Assembly (NCBI GenBank): GCA_050950825.1
Contig: JBMNIH010000007.1
Location: 187,971 to 251,970 of the forward strand
From: Clostridia bacterium
Lineage (GTDB): Bacteria; Bacillota; Clostridia; JAAYHZ01
Direction: 5' to 3'
DNA length: 64,000 nt
A program made the position numbers and the translations under genes. The notes beneath the pieces were generated by a model. The model did no database searches and was not told where the DNA came from. It saw only the letters and a list, made by a program, of their open reading frames with translations. Below are positions 33,364 through 42,604 of the stretch, in pieces. Position 1 is the stretch's first letter, and every line of letters starts with the position of its first letter.

Positions 33364-35406
33364 GTGGACAGGGAGAATAGAGATTTAAATGAAAAATTGA
33401 ACAAATATTTTCCAGGCAGAGTTGTCCGTAAGGATTTGACTCAAAAAATAAAGGAAGGGGCCAATGTACCAGTATATGTCCTTGAATATTTACTTGGTAT
33501 GTACTGTGCTACTGATGATGAAGATTCCATAAATGAAGGAGTAAATAGAGTAAAAGCAATACTTGCAGAAAATTATGTAAGGCCCGATGAAGCGGAAAAG
33601 ATTAAATCTAAAATTCGAGAATTAGGCCAGTATACAGTTATTGATAAACTGACAGTAAGGCTAAATGAAAAAAGAGACATTTATGAGGCGGAGTTTTCTA
33701 ATTTAGGGTTAAAAGGTGTAGAAGTAGAAGCAGATTATGTTAAAAAATTTGAGAAACTTCTTGCTGGAGGTATATGGTGTATTCTTAAAATACAATACTA
33801 TTATGATGAAGAGTTAAGAAATGCTAACCCTTTTATCATAAATAGTTTGAAGCCCATCCAAATTCCAAACTTGGATATGGATGAGATATTGAATGGAAGA
33901 AAACATTTCACCAAAGATGAATGGATTGATATCCTTTTAAGATCCGTGGGCATGGAACCTACACAATTGGAGGAAAAAGTTAAGTGGCACCTTCTTGCTC
34001 GCATGATTCCTCTTGTTGAGAATAATTATAATCTTTGTGAGTTAGGGCCAAGAGGGACAGGTAAATCACATATATATAAGGAAATATCACCTAACTCTAT
34101 TCTAATATCCGGTGGGCAAACTACTGTAGCCAATTTATTTTACAATATGAATACCAGAAAAATCGGATTAGTTGGCTTATGGGATGTAGTAGCATTTGAT
34201 GAAGTGGCTGGAATTACCTTTAAAGATAAAGACGGCATTCAGATTATGAAGGATTATATGGCTTCAGGCTCATTTGCCAGAGGAAAAGAATTAAAAAATG
34301 CTTCTGCTTCTATGGTTTTTGTTGGTAATATCAATCAATCAGTGGACGTTCTTTTAAAAACATCCCATTTATTTGAACCATTCCCAGAAGCAATGGCTTA
34401 TGACACGGCTTTTTTTGACAGGATGCACTGTTATATTCCCGGCTGGGAGATACCTAAATACAGACCGGATTTTTTCACTCACGAATATGGCTTTATTACT
34501 GATTATATTGCAGAATTTTTCAGGGAAATGAGAAAAACATCCTATGGCGACAGCATAGATAAATACTTTAGACTTGGAAATAACCTTAATCAAAGAGATG
34601 TTATAGCGGTAAGAAAGACTGTATCGGGATTGGTCAAACTAATTTATCCTCATGGAGAATTTAACAAAGAAGATATAGAAGAAATCCTAAGGTATGCCTT
34701 AGTTGGAAGAAGACGAGTAAAAGAACAATTAAAGAAAATTGGTGGTATGGAATTTTATGATGTTCATTTTTCTTACATAGATAATGAAACATTTGAGGAA
34801 GAATTTGTATCGGTTCCAGAACAGGGTGGCGACAAACTGATACCTGAAGGAATGGGAAAACCAGGACATATATACACAGTTGCCCATGGTGATTCAGGGA
34901 TGATTGGAGTATATAAAATAGAAACCGAGGTTGTCTCTGGAACAGGAAAATTTGAAAGAACAGGATTGGGGACTAGCAGGGAAGCAAAAGAGAATTTGAA
35001 TACAGCCTTCAACTATTTTAAAGCAAACAAAAAGAATATCAGTGGAACAATTTCCTTAAACAATAATGATTTTTTAATGCATGTTCAAGATTTACAGGGA
35101 ATTGGTATGACTTCTCAATTGACATTAGCAGCCTTTATTGCCCTTTGTTCTGGAGCATTAAAAAAACCTGTATTAAGTCAATTGGTGGTATTAGGGTCAA
35201 TGAGCATAGGGGGAACCATTAATAAGGTGGAGGAACTGGCATCCACACTTCAAGTTTGTTTTGATGCAGGAGCGAAAAAAGTACTCCTACCTATGGCTTC
35301 TGCCGCAGACATTAACACAGTTCCGCCAGAATTATTCTCTAAATTTCAGATATCCTTTTATCAAAGCCCTGAAGATGCGGTATTTAAAGCATTAGGAGTT
35401 GAGTAA
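33364..35406 (+). CDS. brxL: BREX Lon-like protease BrxL
   Basis: 680 aa, GTG start after RBS 'ggtggtga'. 'FPGRVVRKDL', the AAA motif 'GPRGTGKSH' and a Lon-protease-like C-terminus are present. Confidence 0.9.
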   Translation: MDRENRDLNEKLNKYFPGRVVRKDLTQKIKEGANVPVYVLEYLLGMYCATDDEDSINEGVNRVKAILAENYVRPDEAEKIKSKIRELGQYTVIDKLTVRLNEKRDIYEAEFSNLGLKGVEVEADYVKKFEKLLAGGIWCILKIQYYYDEELRNANPFIINSLKPIQIPNLDMDEILNGRKHFTKDEWIDILLRSVGMEPTQLEEKVKWHLLARMIPLVENNYNLCELGPRGTGKSHIYKEISPNSILISGGQTTVANLFYNMNTRKIGLVGLWDVVAFDEVAGITFKDKDGIQIMKDYMASGSFARGKELKNASASMVFVGNINQSVDVLLKTSHLFEPFPEAMAYDTAFFDRMHCYIPGWEIPKYRPDFFTHEYGFITDYIAEFFREMRKTSYGDSIDKYFRLGNNLNQRDVIAVRKTVSGLVKLIYPHGEFNKEDIEEILRYALVGRRRVKEQLKKIGGMEFYDVHFSYIDNETFEEEFVSVPEQGGDKLIPEGMGKPGHIYTVAHGDSGMIGVYKIETEVVSGTGKFERTGLGTSREAKENLNTAFNYFKANKKNISGTISLNNNDFLMHVQDLQGIGMTSQLTLAAFIALCSGALKKPVLSQLVVLGSMSIGGTINKVEELASTLQVCFDAGAKKVLLPMASAADINTVPPELFSKFQISFYQSPEDAVFKALGVE

Positions 35407-35451
35407 CATAGATATAAATGGAGTTAAATATAGTTTATGCAATATTAAAGT

Positions 35452-35486
35452 CAAAGGCAAAATTTGCCCTTGGCTTTTTATTTTTT
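35452..35486 (+). terminator. Terminator of the BREX operon
   Basis: 'caaaggcaaa...tttgcccttgg' hairpin followed by T-runs. Confidence 0.7.
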
Positions 35487-35707
35487 GTGTTTACGCTGAG
35501 TTAAAATGTCCAAAAACTGATGGAATTGCCTGTCCAGATATTGCTGGTATATAATGGCCATATACATTCTATAGAAAGAAAAAAGCGTCCTTGTTTCAAT
35601 GTGATACTGTTACAGCAGTAGCACCAAGGACGTCCCCAAACTATGATCATTATATCAAAATATGAACTAGAAGAAAAGGCAGAAGAACAAGTTTTTATGT
35701 AAGAAGT

Positions 35708-36205
35708 TTGGAGCAGTTTCTATGTCCCTGCTGCAGGAGTAACCGTATGAAGGTTGTAGGGAGCAGGCCCAGGAAGTACCTGCAGGAGGATGCCTCGCAA
35801 GTGATATTGATAATACGCAGGCTGCGCTGCCTGGAATGTAACAAGATACATCACGAATTGCCCGATATACTGGTTCCATACAAACGGTACAAAAGCGAAT
35901 GCATAGAGACAGTTGTAGCAGAAGATAACAACACTCCGCTAGCAATAGCATGTGATGAATCTACGCTATACCGGTGGAAAAAGTGGTTTAACTCTTTAAG
36001 CAGGTATTTTGCAGGTTGCTTGCAGTCCATAGCAATACAGCTGGGAAGAGAAACTGAAGAAGCTTCAGGACCAATATCCGTCCTCCATAGGATATGGTTT
36101 TATGTTGGTGAAGCACCAGGATGGCTGGCGCGAATTGTCCATACGCTTGTAAATTGGAATTTATGGGTACAGACCCGTTCTGCATTCCTGTCCGGATATG
36201 CATAG
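35708..36205 (+). CDS. Zinc-ribbon protein, DUF6431-like transposon accessory protein
   Basis: 'CPCC...' and 'CLECNKIHH' cysteine pairs. This protein type is commonly found upstream of Mu-like transposase/ExeA-like ATPase pairs in Firmicutes (from memory). Confidence 0.55.
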   Translation: MEQFLCPCCRSNRMKVVGSRPRKYLQEDASQVILIIRRLRCLECNKIHHELPDILVPYKRYKSECIETVVAEDNNTPLAIACDESTLYRWKKWFNSLSRYFAGCLQSIAIQLGRETEEASGPISVLHRIWFYVGEAPGWLARIVHTLVNWNLWVQTRSAFLSGYA

Positions 36206-36244
36206 TATACACTCATGTTGAATCAATCAAAGGGGGTATTCAAC

Positions 36245-37600
36245 ATGAGAGATCAGAGAAAAGCAGAGACAATAGCACAGCAGCGGATGGAACTGATATC
36301 GCCACTGCTGGCCGAGGGCCTGGATCCTGCAAAAGCGAAAGAGATCAAAGCCCGTATATGTGAACAAACCGGTATATCAGAGCGTACTCTCCGAAGATAT
36401 GTGGCACAATACCGGGAAGCCGGATTCGACGGTTTAAAGCCTAAAGGAAAGAGCCAAAGAAAAACAGAGGATGCCATACCATCCCATGTATTGGAGCAGG
36501 CTATTCTTCTGCGCAGGCAGGTTCCAAGCCGTAGCGTATCACAGTTGATAAACATCCTGGAGTGGGAAGGAATTGTAGAGCCGGGCCGGATAAAGCGCAG
36601 CACACTGCAGGAGCAATTGGCAAACCGGGGGTACAGTGCAAGACAGATGAAAATGTACACATCAACGGGAGTAGCAGCGCGCAGGTTCCAACATCGGTAT
36701 CGCAATAAGCTCTGGCATTCGGACATCAAGTATGGCCCTTATCTTCCTATCGGCAGGGATGGAGAAAAAAAGCAGGTGTTTTTGGTTCTCTTCGTGGATG
36801 ATGCTACCAGATACGTTCTTCATGGAGAATTTTATCCCACCCTGGATAAAGTCATCGTAGAGGATTGCTTCCGGAAGTCCATTCTTAAGCATGGTGTGCC
36901 CGAAGCCGTATTTTTTGATAACGGCAGCCAATACAGGAACAAGTGGATGACACGGGCATGTGCAAAAATGGGCATTCGTCTGCTCTATGCCCGCCCCTAC
37001 TCGCCGGAAGCAACCGGCAAAGTTGAGAGGCTGAACCGGGTAGTGGATTCCTTTCTTACAGAGGCCGCTTTGGAGAAACCACAGACCCTGGAAAGGTTGA
37101 ACGAGCTGTTCCAGGTATGGCTTACCGAATGCTATCAGAACAGGCCCCATTCCGCCCTGGTGAATCACATGAGTCCGGAGGTTGCATACCGAAGTGATAC
37201 GAAACCCCAAAGGTTTATTGACCCGGACGTCCTGGCTCAGGCGTTTTTGCATTTTGAGGAACGCAAGGTGGATAAAGCAGGCTGTATCAGCTTCAACGGC
37301 CAAAAGTATGAGGTTGGCCTTCCCTTTATTGGCTGCACTGTAGATGTGATCTATGATCCGGCATGCACGGATGAGCTTACCATTGAGTATGAAGGCCATA
37401 ACCCATGGAAGGCTAAAAAGCTGGTGATTGGTGAACGGGCCGGTAGGCGGCCTGGTTTACCGGAACATCTTACCACCGAAAAAGCGGAGGCATCCCGCTT
37501 GCTAAGAGCAGCCAAAAAGAAGAACGAGCAGCGCATAGAACAGTACATGCCTGCCGTCTCTTACAGAAACGTGGCCAAGGGTGGTGAGCAGAATGTTTGA
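36245..37600 (+). CDS. DDE (rve/Mu-type) transposase
   Basis: N-terminal HTH region followed by the integrase core 'LWHSDIKY...FVDDATRY...FFDNGSQY...PEATGKVERLN'. RBS 'aaaggggg' precedes the ATG at 36245 (the ORF is open from 36215). Confidence 0.85.
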   Translation: MRDQRKAETIAQQRMELISPLLAEGLDPAKAKEIKARICEQTGISERTLRRYVAQYREAGFDGLKPKGKSQRKTEDAIPSHVLEQAILLRRQVPSRSVSQLINILEWEGIVEPGRIKRSTLQEQLANRGYSARQMKMYTSTGVAARRFQHRYRNKLWHSDIKYGPYLPIGRDGEKKQVFLVLFVDDATRYVLHGEFYPTLDKVIVEDCFRKSILKHGVPEAVFFDNGSQYRNKWMTRACAKMGIRLLYARPYSPEATGKVERLNRVVDSFLTEAALEKPQTLERLNELFQVWLTECYQNRPHSALVNHMSPEVAYRSDTKPQRFIDPDVLAQAFLHFEERKVDKAGCISFNGQKYEVGLPFIGCTVDVIYDPACTDELTIEYEGHNPWKAKKLVIGERAGRRPGLPEHLTTEKAEASRLLRAAKKKNEQRIEQYMPAVSYRNVAKGGEQNV

Positions 37601-38393
37601 AGCCTTTTATGGGTTTAAACGCACACCCTTCACACGTGATATTCCTACTGACCAGCTTTATCAGCCCATCATACTGGAAGAGACATTAGGGCGCCTGCAA
37701 TATGCTGCAGATCGTCAGTTGTTCGCTGTTGTTACCGGGGACTGCGGTACCGGCAAAACCACAGCTATCCGCCGTTTCCGGGATATTCTGGACTCTTCAC
37801 GATTTCATGTTATGTACCTTGCCGATTCCAAACTGACGCCCAGGCATTTCTACAAGGGTTTACTGGAGCAGCTGGGGTGTGAGGCAAAATTCTACCGTGG
37901 AGATGCCAAACGCCAGCTGCACCGGGAAATTGAGCTTATGAAGGGAATCCATAAACTGCAGCCTGTTGTCATTGTTGATGAGGCTCACCTGTTGGACCGT
38001 GAGATGCTGGAAGAGGTTCGTTTCCTGCTGAACTTCAAGATGGACTCAGAAAGCCCAATGGCTTTAATTCTGGTGGGACAGTCAGAGCTGTGGGACAAGT
38101 TCCAGCTCCAGGCATATGCCGCCATCAAGCAACGTATTGATATTCAGTGCAAACTGAATCATTATGATCGGGCTCAGGTGGGTGAATACGTACACAGACA
38201 TTTAGAGTATGCAGCTTGCGACAGGGAAATTTTCTCTGATGCAGCGTTGGATGAGATATTTAAGTATTCCAGTGGCTCTGCCAGGCTCATAAACAAGCTT
38301 TGCACCCATTGCCTGCTGTTCGGTGCTCAAAATGGCCGTAAAATCATTGATGACCATATGGTAAAGCTCGTGATACAGGGGGAATTGGCGTGA
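37593..38393 (+). CDS. AAA+ ATPase, TniB/ExeA-like transposition protein
   Basis: Walker A 'GDCGTGKTT' and Walker B 'VVIVDEAHLL'. It overlaps the transposase stop (the ORF is open from GTG 37581). Confidence 0.8.
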   Translation: MFEAFYGFKRTPFTRDIPTDQLYQPIILEETLGRLQYAADRQLFAVVTGDCGTGKTTAIRRFRDILDSSRFHVMYLADSKLTPRHFYKGLLEQLGCEAKFYRGDAKRQLHREIELMKGIHKLQPVVIVDEAHLLDREMLEEVRFLLNFKMDSESPMALILVGQSELWDKFQLQAYAAIKQRIDIQCKLNHYDRAQVGEYVHRHLEYAACDREIFSDAALDEIFKYSSGSARLINKLCTHCLLFGAQNGRKIIDDHMVKLVIQGELA

Positions 38394-38716
38394 TACAATT
38401 CCACTGTTCTTATCAATGGGATGATGGTAGTAAAGACATATGGTATGGTACTGTTAACCAGGTTATTAATTTCGGCAGCCACTATGAGGTTTTTATTTTA
38501 AGCCGGAGCAGCTTGCGGGTACTGGTTGGTCAATCAACCTCAGGGTTGTTTGCCTGTCTTCCTGATTTTAGCGCTGGATGCCATCTGAGTGCACTGAATG
38601 ATACTTTCTACAACAGTGAGAAGTTGATTTATGCTTTAGGAAATGTTGTAGACGGTATGACAATAGCTTATGCTTTCAAAGCATTGGAACCATTTTTAAA
38701 CTTCAATAACGACTAA
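38390..38716 (+). CDS. Hypothetical 108-aa protein, last gene of the transposon
   Basis: The GTG start overlaps the ATPase stop (gtGA), suggesting translational coupling. I recognise no family. Confidence 0.45.
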   Translation: MIQFHCSYQWDDGSKDIWYGTVNQVINFGSHYEVFILSRSSLRVLVGQSTSGLFACLPDFSAGCHLSALNDTFYNSEKLIYALGNVVDGMTIAYAFKALEPFLNFNND

Positions 38717-38836
38717 ATACATAGCGGATAACCTTTTAGTTATCCGCTCATGCCTTCGCTTTATTGGCAGTTATACCGTCAACTTTTGGTCAATTAACAA
38801 CATCTATTTCGGGACAATTTGAGCTAGCATTAACAC

Positions 38837-39453
38837 TTAACATCGCAAGGAAAAAGCGAGAATACTATCAATAGTTATTATTTGCATATAAAAGGTTACC
38901 ACCAATGGTATTTGGTATCCTTTGGCAGAGAATGTTCGGTGCTATACCGGGAAAACATCTTAGATTATATCAGTTATCTTCGTAATATTAAGAAAGATAC
39001 TGGTAGAACAATAAATTGCAAGATTAGTGCATTGATAAAGTATAATGAATTTTTGATTGAGAAAGGAATACAGCAAGACCAAGTAGTTTCAAAGAAAGAT
39101 AATATTAATGTACAGCAGACATATGCAAACCCTTCGGATATAACTAAACAGGAAGTAGATGCTTTTAGACAACAACTATTAGAGAATGGGCATCGAGATA
39201 TTTATTGTTTGGCCACATTATTAGCATATGCAGGTTTAAGAATTAGTGAAGCACTTAATATTCAGTTAACAGACTTCAATTTAACAGTTGGAGAGTTAAA
39301 GGTTAGGGGTAAGGGAGATAAAGATAGAGTTGTTTATTTAAATGATAAGATTATTAATAGTATAAGTGAGTTCTTAAGAGTGAGAGAAAGTGAAAGTCCG
39401 TATTTATTTGCAAATAGTAATGGAAAGATAATTCATAGGTCAACAGTTAATAA
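38837..39453 (+). pseudogene. Tyrosine recombinase, N-terminal/core part (5' end missing, 3' part displaced by IS4)
   Basis: The frame is open right from the transposon border with no start codon. 'ENTINSYYLHIKGYHQWYL' and 'ILDYISYL' form a SAM-like core-binding domain. 'LLAYAGLRISEAL' contains the catalytic Arg. Confidence 0.8.
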
Positions 39454-41072
39454 CTCAAACTTCGCAGTAAATTAATATAATAAATTCCTAGATAATTTAA
39501 TATAAGCTTTTTAAGTAATATATGTAACTAAGCGACTTTTGACTTGGGTAATCTTAGTTTTAAATATTCAGGAAGTCTAGAAATGAAAATTCTAAGAAAC
39601 CCATTTACTCGCTTATCATCAATCATGAAATACTCCATTAAGCATTCTGACAGTATTTCGAGAATCAGTTGTATTACTTCATCGAACTTTATGTCTTGCA
39701 ATTCATCGTAGCATAAATAAAACAACTCACCTATAGTTCGATTATCCATATTGTTCCGATTTTCTATTGCCAGCATGATATACCTACTGAGGACTACTGC
39801 GGTATGAGCCGTCATCATATCATATGACAAGCCTTGAAACTCTCTACCTAAATTGAGATATGTCTTGCACATTTTATAGAAAACTTCTATATCCCAACGT
39901 TTGCCATACGTTTGAATTATTTGCTCTTCCGAAAGCGCCAAATCGGTTGAAATGATGGCTATCCATTTCTTCCTGTTATTCCGATCCCGTACGAATACAA
40001 TGCGAGCATCCATAGTCTCTTCTTCTTTGTTGTGAATGGATACGACAACCGACAAAAGGTATTTGGAACGACCACGTCTCTTTTTTTGAGAATTATAGAT
40101 TTCCTTAAGGGTCATTTTCTTTCCGTTAAAGGAATACTTGATATTAGGAGTATCTTTAAGCCGCCCGATGCTGTGAAGCTTCAACTTCGCAATGTCCATG
40201 AGTATTGCAGGATAGGAAAACCAACTGTCGAACAGCACGTGCTTTGCAGGTATGTGTTGCTCGACTGCTTGCCGAAGCATCGCTATCATTAAATCAGGGG
40301 CTTTCTGCATGGCTTGCATTCTTCGTTTGTATCCATTGGTGTTTTTATGGATATCATCTCTCATTTTACACAAATGTTTTTCAACTTTGCCGGATGTGAG
40401 CAAACAAAAATTAAACGGAATAAGTGTGTTGCCATCTGACCATGCAAGAGTAAGCAACCTGAATCCTTTTTTACACTTGTTGTCGGTATGATCTCTGACA
40501 AACGAAAGCATCTCTACACATTTGCTTCGTAAACGGCCGTAGAAGGTATCATCTACAACAATGACATTAATACGGTCATCCGATGTCAAATCCTTTACAT
40601 GGCTGTTTATAACCGTGGATGCCAATGTCATAACAAATGTCTGCCAGTTAATATATATAGAGTTTAGGAAACGATATACAGTATCTTTTTTAAAATCGAC
40701 ATTTTTGTCTCTGTTGCTGTCTTTATTTTTTATCAGGTTCATATACATACTTCTGTTTGTGAAAACCAATTGAAACAAATAGAGAAAAATTTGAATTACC
40801 GGTACACCTCTTTTTTTATAAGCATTGGCATGTTGCAGAGCTTGATAAATTTTAAACTTTCTAAAAAAAAGATTGATTCTATCGTTAAACTGCTTTTCTT
40901 CGATATAATTTTCCGGTATACTATTCATGGCAAGGGGCTCCTTCGTTGTGATATTATGTTTTATTTGTTAATTAATATTATACCACAATCCAGGTCTCCT
41001 TGTCATACTTTTTTGCACTAAACTATTGAATTATCTAGGTTCGAACGCACTTTTTCAAGTGCGAAGTTTGAG
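39454..41072 (-). mobile_element. IS4-family insertion sequence (1619 bp)
   Basis: Terminal IRs 'CTCAAACTTCGCAGT' and, reverse-complemented, 'CTCAAACTTCGCACT'. Flanked by a direct TTAATAA duplication (39447-39453 and 41073-41079). Confidence 0.9.
39528..40928 (-). CDS. IS4-family DDE transposase
   Basis: 466 aa. 'VVDDTFYGR' and the Y-x2-R-x3-E-x6-K signature in 'YGKRWDIEVFYKMCK'. Confidence 0.85.
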   Translation of the reverse strand: MNSIPENYIEEKQFNDRINLFFRKFKIYQALQHANAYKKRGVPVIQIFLYLFQLVFTNRSMYMNLIKNKDSNRDKNVDFKKDTVYRFLNSIYINWQTFVMTLASTVINSHVKDLTSDDRINVIVVDDTFYGRLRSKCVEMLSFVRDHTDNKCKKGFRLLTLAWSDGNTLIPFNFCLLTSGKVEKHLCKMRDDIHKNTNGYKRRMQAMQKAPDLMIAMLRQAVEQHIPAKHVLFDSWFSYPAILMDIAKLKLHSIGRLKDTPNIKYSFNGKKMTLKEIYNSQKKRRGRSKYLLSVVVSIHNKEEETMDARIVFVRDRNNRKKWIAIISTDLALSEEQIIQTYGKRWDIEVFYKMCKTYLNLGREFQGLSYDMMTAHTAVVLSRYIMLAIENRNNMDNRTIGELFYLCYDELQDIKFDEVIQLILEILSECLMEYFMIDDKRVNGFLRIFISRLPEYLKLRLPKSKVA

Positions 41073-41269
41073 TTAATAAGATTTTTAATAAATATAGTGA
41101 TAAGATCACGCCTCATGCATTGCGACATTATTTTTGCACGATTGCTTTGGAGGGCGGGCTATCAGTTCATGAGGTTGCCTATTTGGCAGGCCATAGCAAT
41201 ATTCACACTACGCTTATATATTTGAATCCGAGTAGAGAGGCAATTAGGGGAAAAATAAATAACCTGTAA
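41073..41269 (+). pseudogene. Tyrosine recombinase, C-terminal catalytic part
   Basis: Removing the IS and one TSD copy joins '...HRSTVN' in frame to 'KIFNKYSDKITPHALRHYF...LAGHSNIHTTLIYL' (the H-x-x-R, H and Y catalytic residues). Confidence 0.85.
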
Positions 41270-41303
41270 TTAAAGGGGTGCTTTGGCCCCTTAAAATTGG
41301 ACA

Positions 41304-42257
41304 TTAACTTGCTTTTTCTATTACTTTTTCAGTTTTTTGAGCATATTCTTTATATGCCTGTTTAGGTGTTTTTAACTTAAGTCCCCAGTGTAATCTCCTG
41401 TTATTGTAAAAATCTTCCCAGTCTAATAAAGCAGCTCTCGCCTCTTCTAAACTGTCAAATTCACTTCTACTCAATAATTTTTCCTCAAGAATTCCATGAT
41501 ACGCTTCTATATGACCGTTTTCTTCCGGACATCTTACATGAGTAAATTCATGATAAATTCCTTTTATTTTGCAATATTCCGCGAAGTTCTCACTTATGTA
41601 TTGAGACCCATTATCGCTCCTTAAAATAAGTCCTAACGGATCAATTCCCCTATCCTTAATTGCTTTATCTAAAGCCCTGACCGCTTTCTTTGAATTTATA
41701 CTATAATCAGCATAGCTTCCAACAAGCTCTCTTGTAAAAACATCTATATAATTAATAATGTAAAATGTCCTGCCTTTTCCTGCAATATAGCCATACTTAA
41801 TGTCCGTAGCCCACATTTGATTCGGTCTTCCAACTTTTCTGTCATCTACCCTTCTTCTATGTGCATGTTTCCTGTTAACTGGCTTTAAAAGTCCATTTTC
41901 GCGCATCAACCGATATACTTTCTTCTTGTTTATTTTTATCTTGTATAATACCCTGAGATGTGCAGTTACTTTCTTGTAACCATAGCAACTGCACTCTCCA
42001 CTCAAAATTTCCCGAATTATTGAAACTATCTCTTCATCTTTAATTTTTCTACCTGTCTCATCCAAAGAATATCCTTCTGGCTTTCTTCCTTTTCTGTTCC
42101 CTTCAGACGAGTCCCTTCGGTTTCTATTTCTCTTCCAGTAATAGTATGTACTGCGCGCTACTTTAACTAACTTTAATACTGTTTTCGCAGCATGCCCTGC
42201 TTTTATGTATTTATCTGCTACCCCTAATCTATCTTCAAGCCCGGGCTCGTTTTTTTT
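41304..42257 (-). CDS. IS3-family transposase OrfB (expressed as OrfAB by programmed -1 frameshift)
   Basis: Slippery A8 on the minus strand at 42250-42257. The -1 frame is open from there into the rve core 'WATDIKY...LRSDNGSQY...PEENGHIEAYH'. Confidence 0.85.
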   Translation of the reverse strand, partial: KKNEPGLEDRLGVADKYIKAGHAAKTVLKLVKVARSTYYYWKRNRNRRDSSEGNRKGRKPEGYSLDETGRKIKDEEIVSIIREILSGECSCYGYKKVTAHLRVLYKIKINKKKVYRLMRENGLLKPVNRKHAHRRRVDDRKVGRPNQMWATDIKYGYIAGKGRTFYIINYIDVFTRELVGSYADYSINSKKAVRALDKAIKDRGIDPLGLILRSDNGSQYISENFAEYCKIKGIYHEFTHVRCPEENGHIEAYHGILEEKLLSRSEFDSLEEARAALLDWEDFYNNRRLHWGLKLKTPKQAYKEYAQKTEKVIEKAS

Positions 42258-42553
42258 AATAGATCCTTATATATCTTAATTGCTAATTCTTTTTCACCCA
42301 GGAGTTTCTTCAATTCTTCATTTTCTCTCCGTAGTTCATACTCTTTCGAGGTAATGGAGCTTATTGCCTTTGGCGCAAGACCATCTACTCCTGTTTCCTC
42401 ATATTTAGCTCTCCATTTATAGAAGGTATTAGGGCTAATATTATGCTTTCTGCATATCTCCGCTACTCTAACTCCTGCCTCATAATCCTTAATTGCTGCT
42501 AATTTTTGTTCAACTGTGAATCTCTTCCTCATACTTTCTTCCCCCTTGAACAA
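42224..42553 (-). CDS. IS3-family transposase OrfA (HTH)
   Basis: 109 aa. 'RKRFTVEQKLAAIKDYEAG...ISPNTFYKWRAKY' followed by a leucine-zipper-like tail. Confidence 0.9.
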   Translation of the reverse strand: MFKGEESMRKRFTVEQKLAAIKDYEAGVRVAEICRKHNISPNTFYKWRAKYEETGVDGLAPKAISSITSKEYELRRENEELKKLLGEKELAIKIYKDLLKKTSPGLKID

Positions 42554-42604
42554 ATTGTATTACATTTTTATACAATCTGTCCAACCGTCTAAGGGGTCCT
42601 TAAC

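Larger units (their letters stand above)
35487..38836 (+). mobile_element. Mu/Tn552-like (TnsB/TniA + TniB-type ATPase) transposon, four genes
   Basis: Imperfect 25-bp terminal IRs: 35487-35511 'GTGTTTACGCTGAGTTAAAATGTCC' against the reverse complement of 38812-38836 'GTGTTAATGCTAGCTCAAATTGTCC' (18/25 identical, with both 5-bp tips identical). There is an abrupt rise in GC relative to its flanks. Confidence 0.65.
41284..42597 (-). mobile_element. IS3-family insertion sequence
   Basis: End sequences 'TGGCCCCTTAAAATTGGACA' and, reverse-complemented, 'GACCCCTTAGACGGTTGGACA'. Possible 3-bp duplication CTT (41281-41283 and 42598-42600). Confidence 0.75.

Noticed and set aside
41038-41046. The tRNA T-loop-like 'GGTTCGAAC'.
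   Set aside because: It lies inside the right end of the IS4 element, and no acceptor or anticodon arms can be drawn around it.
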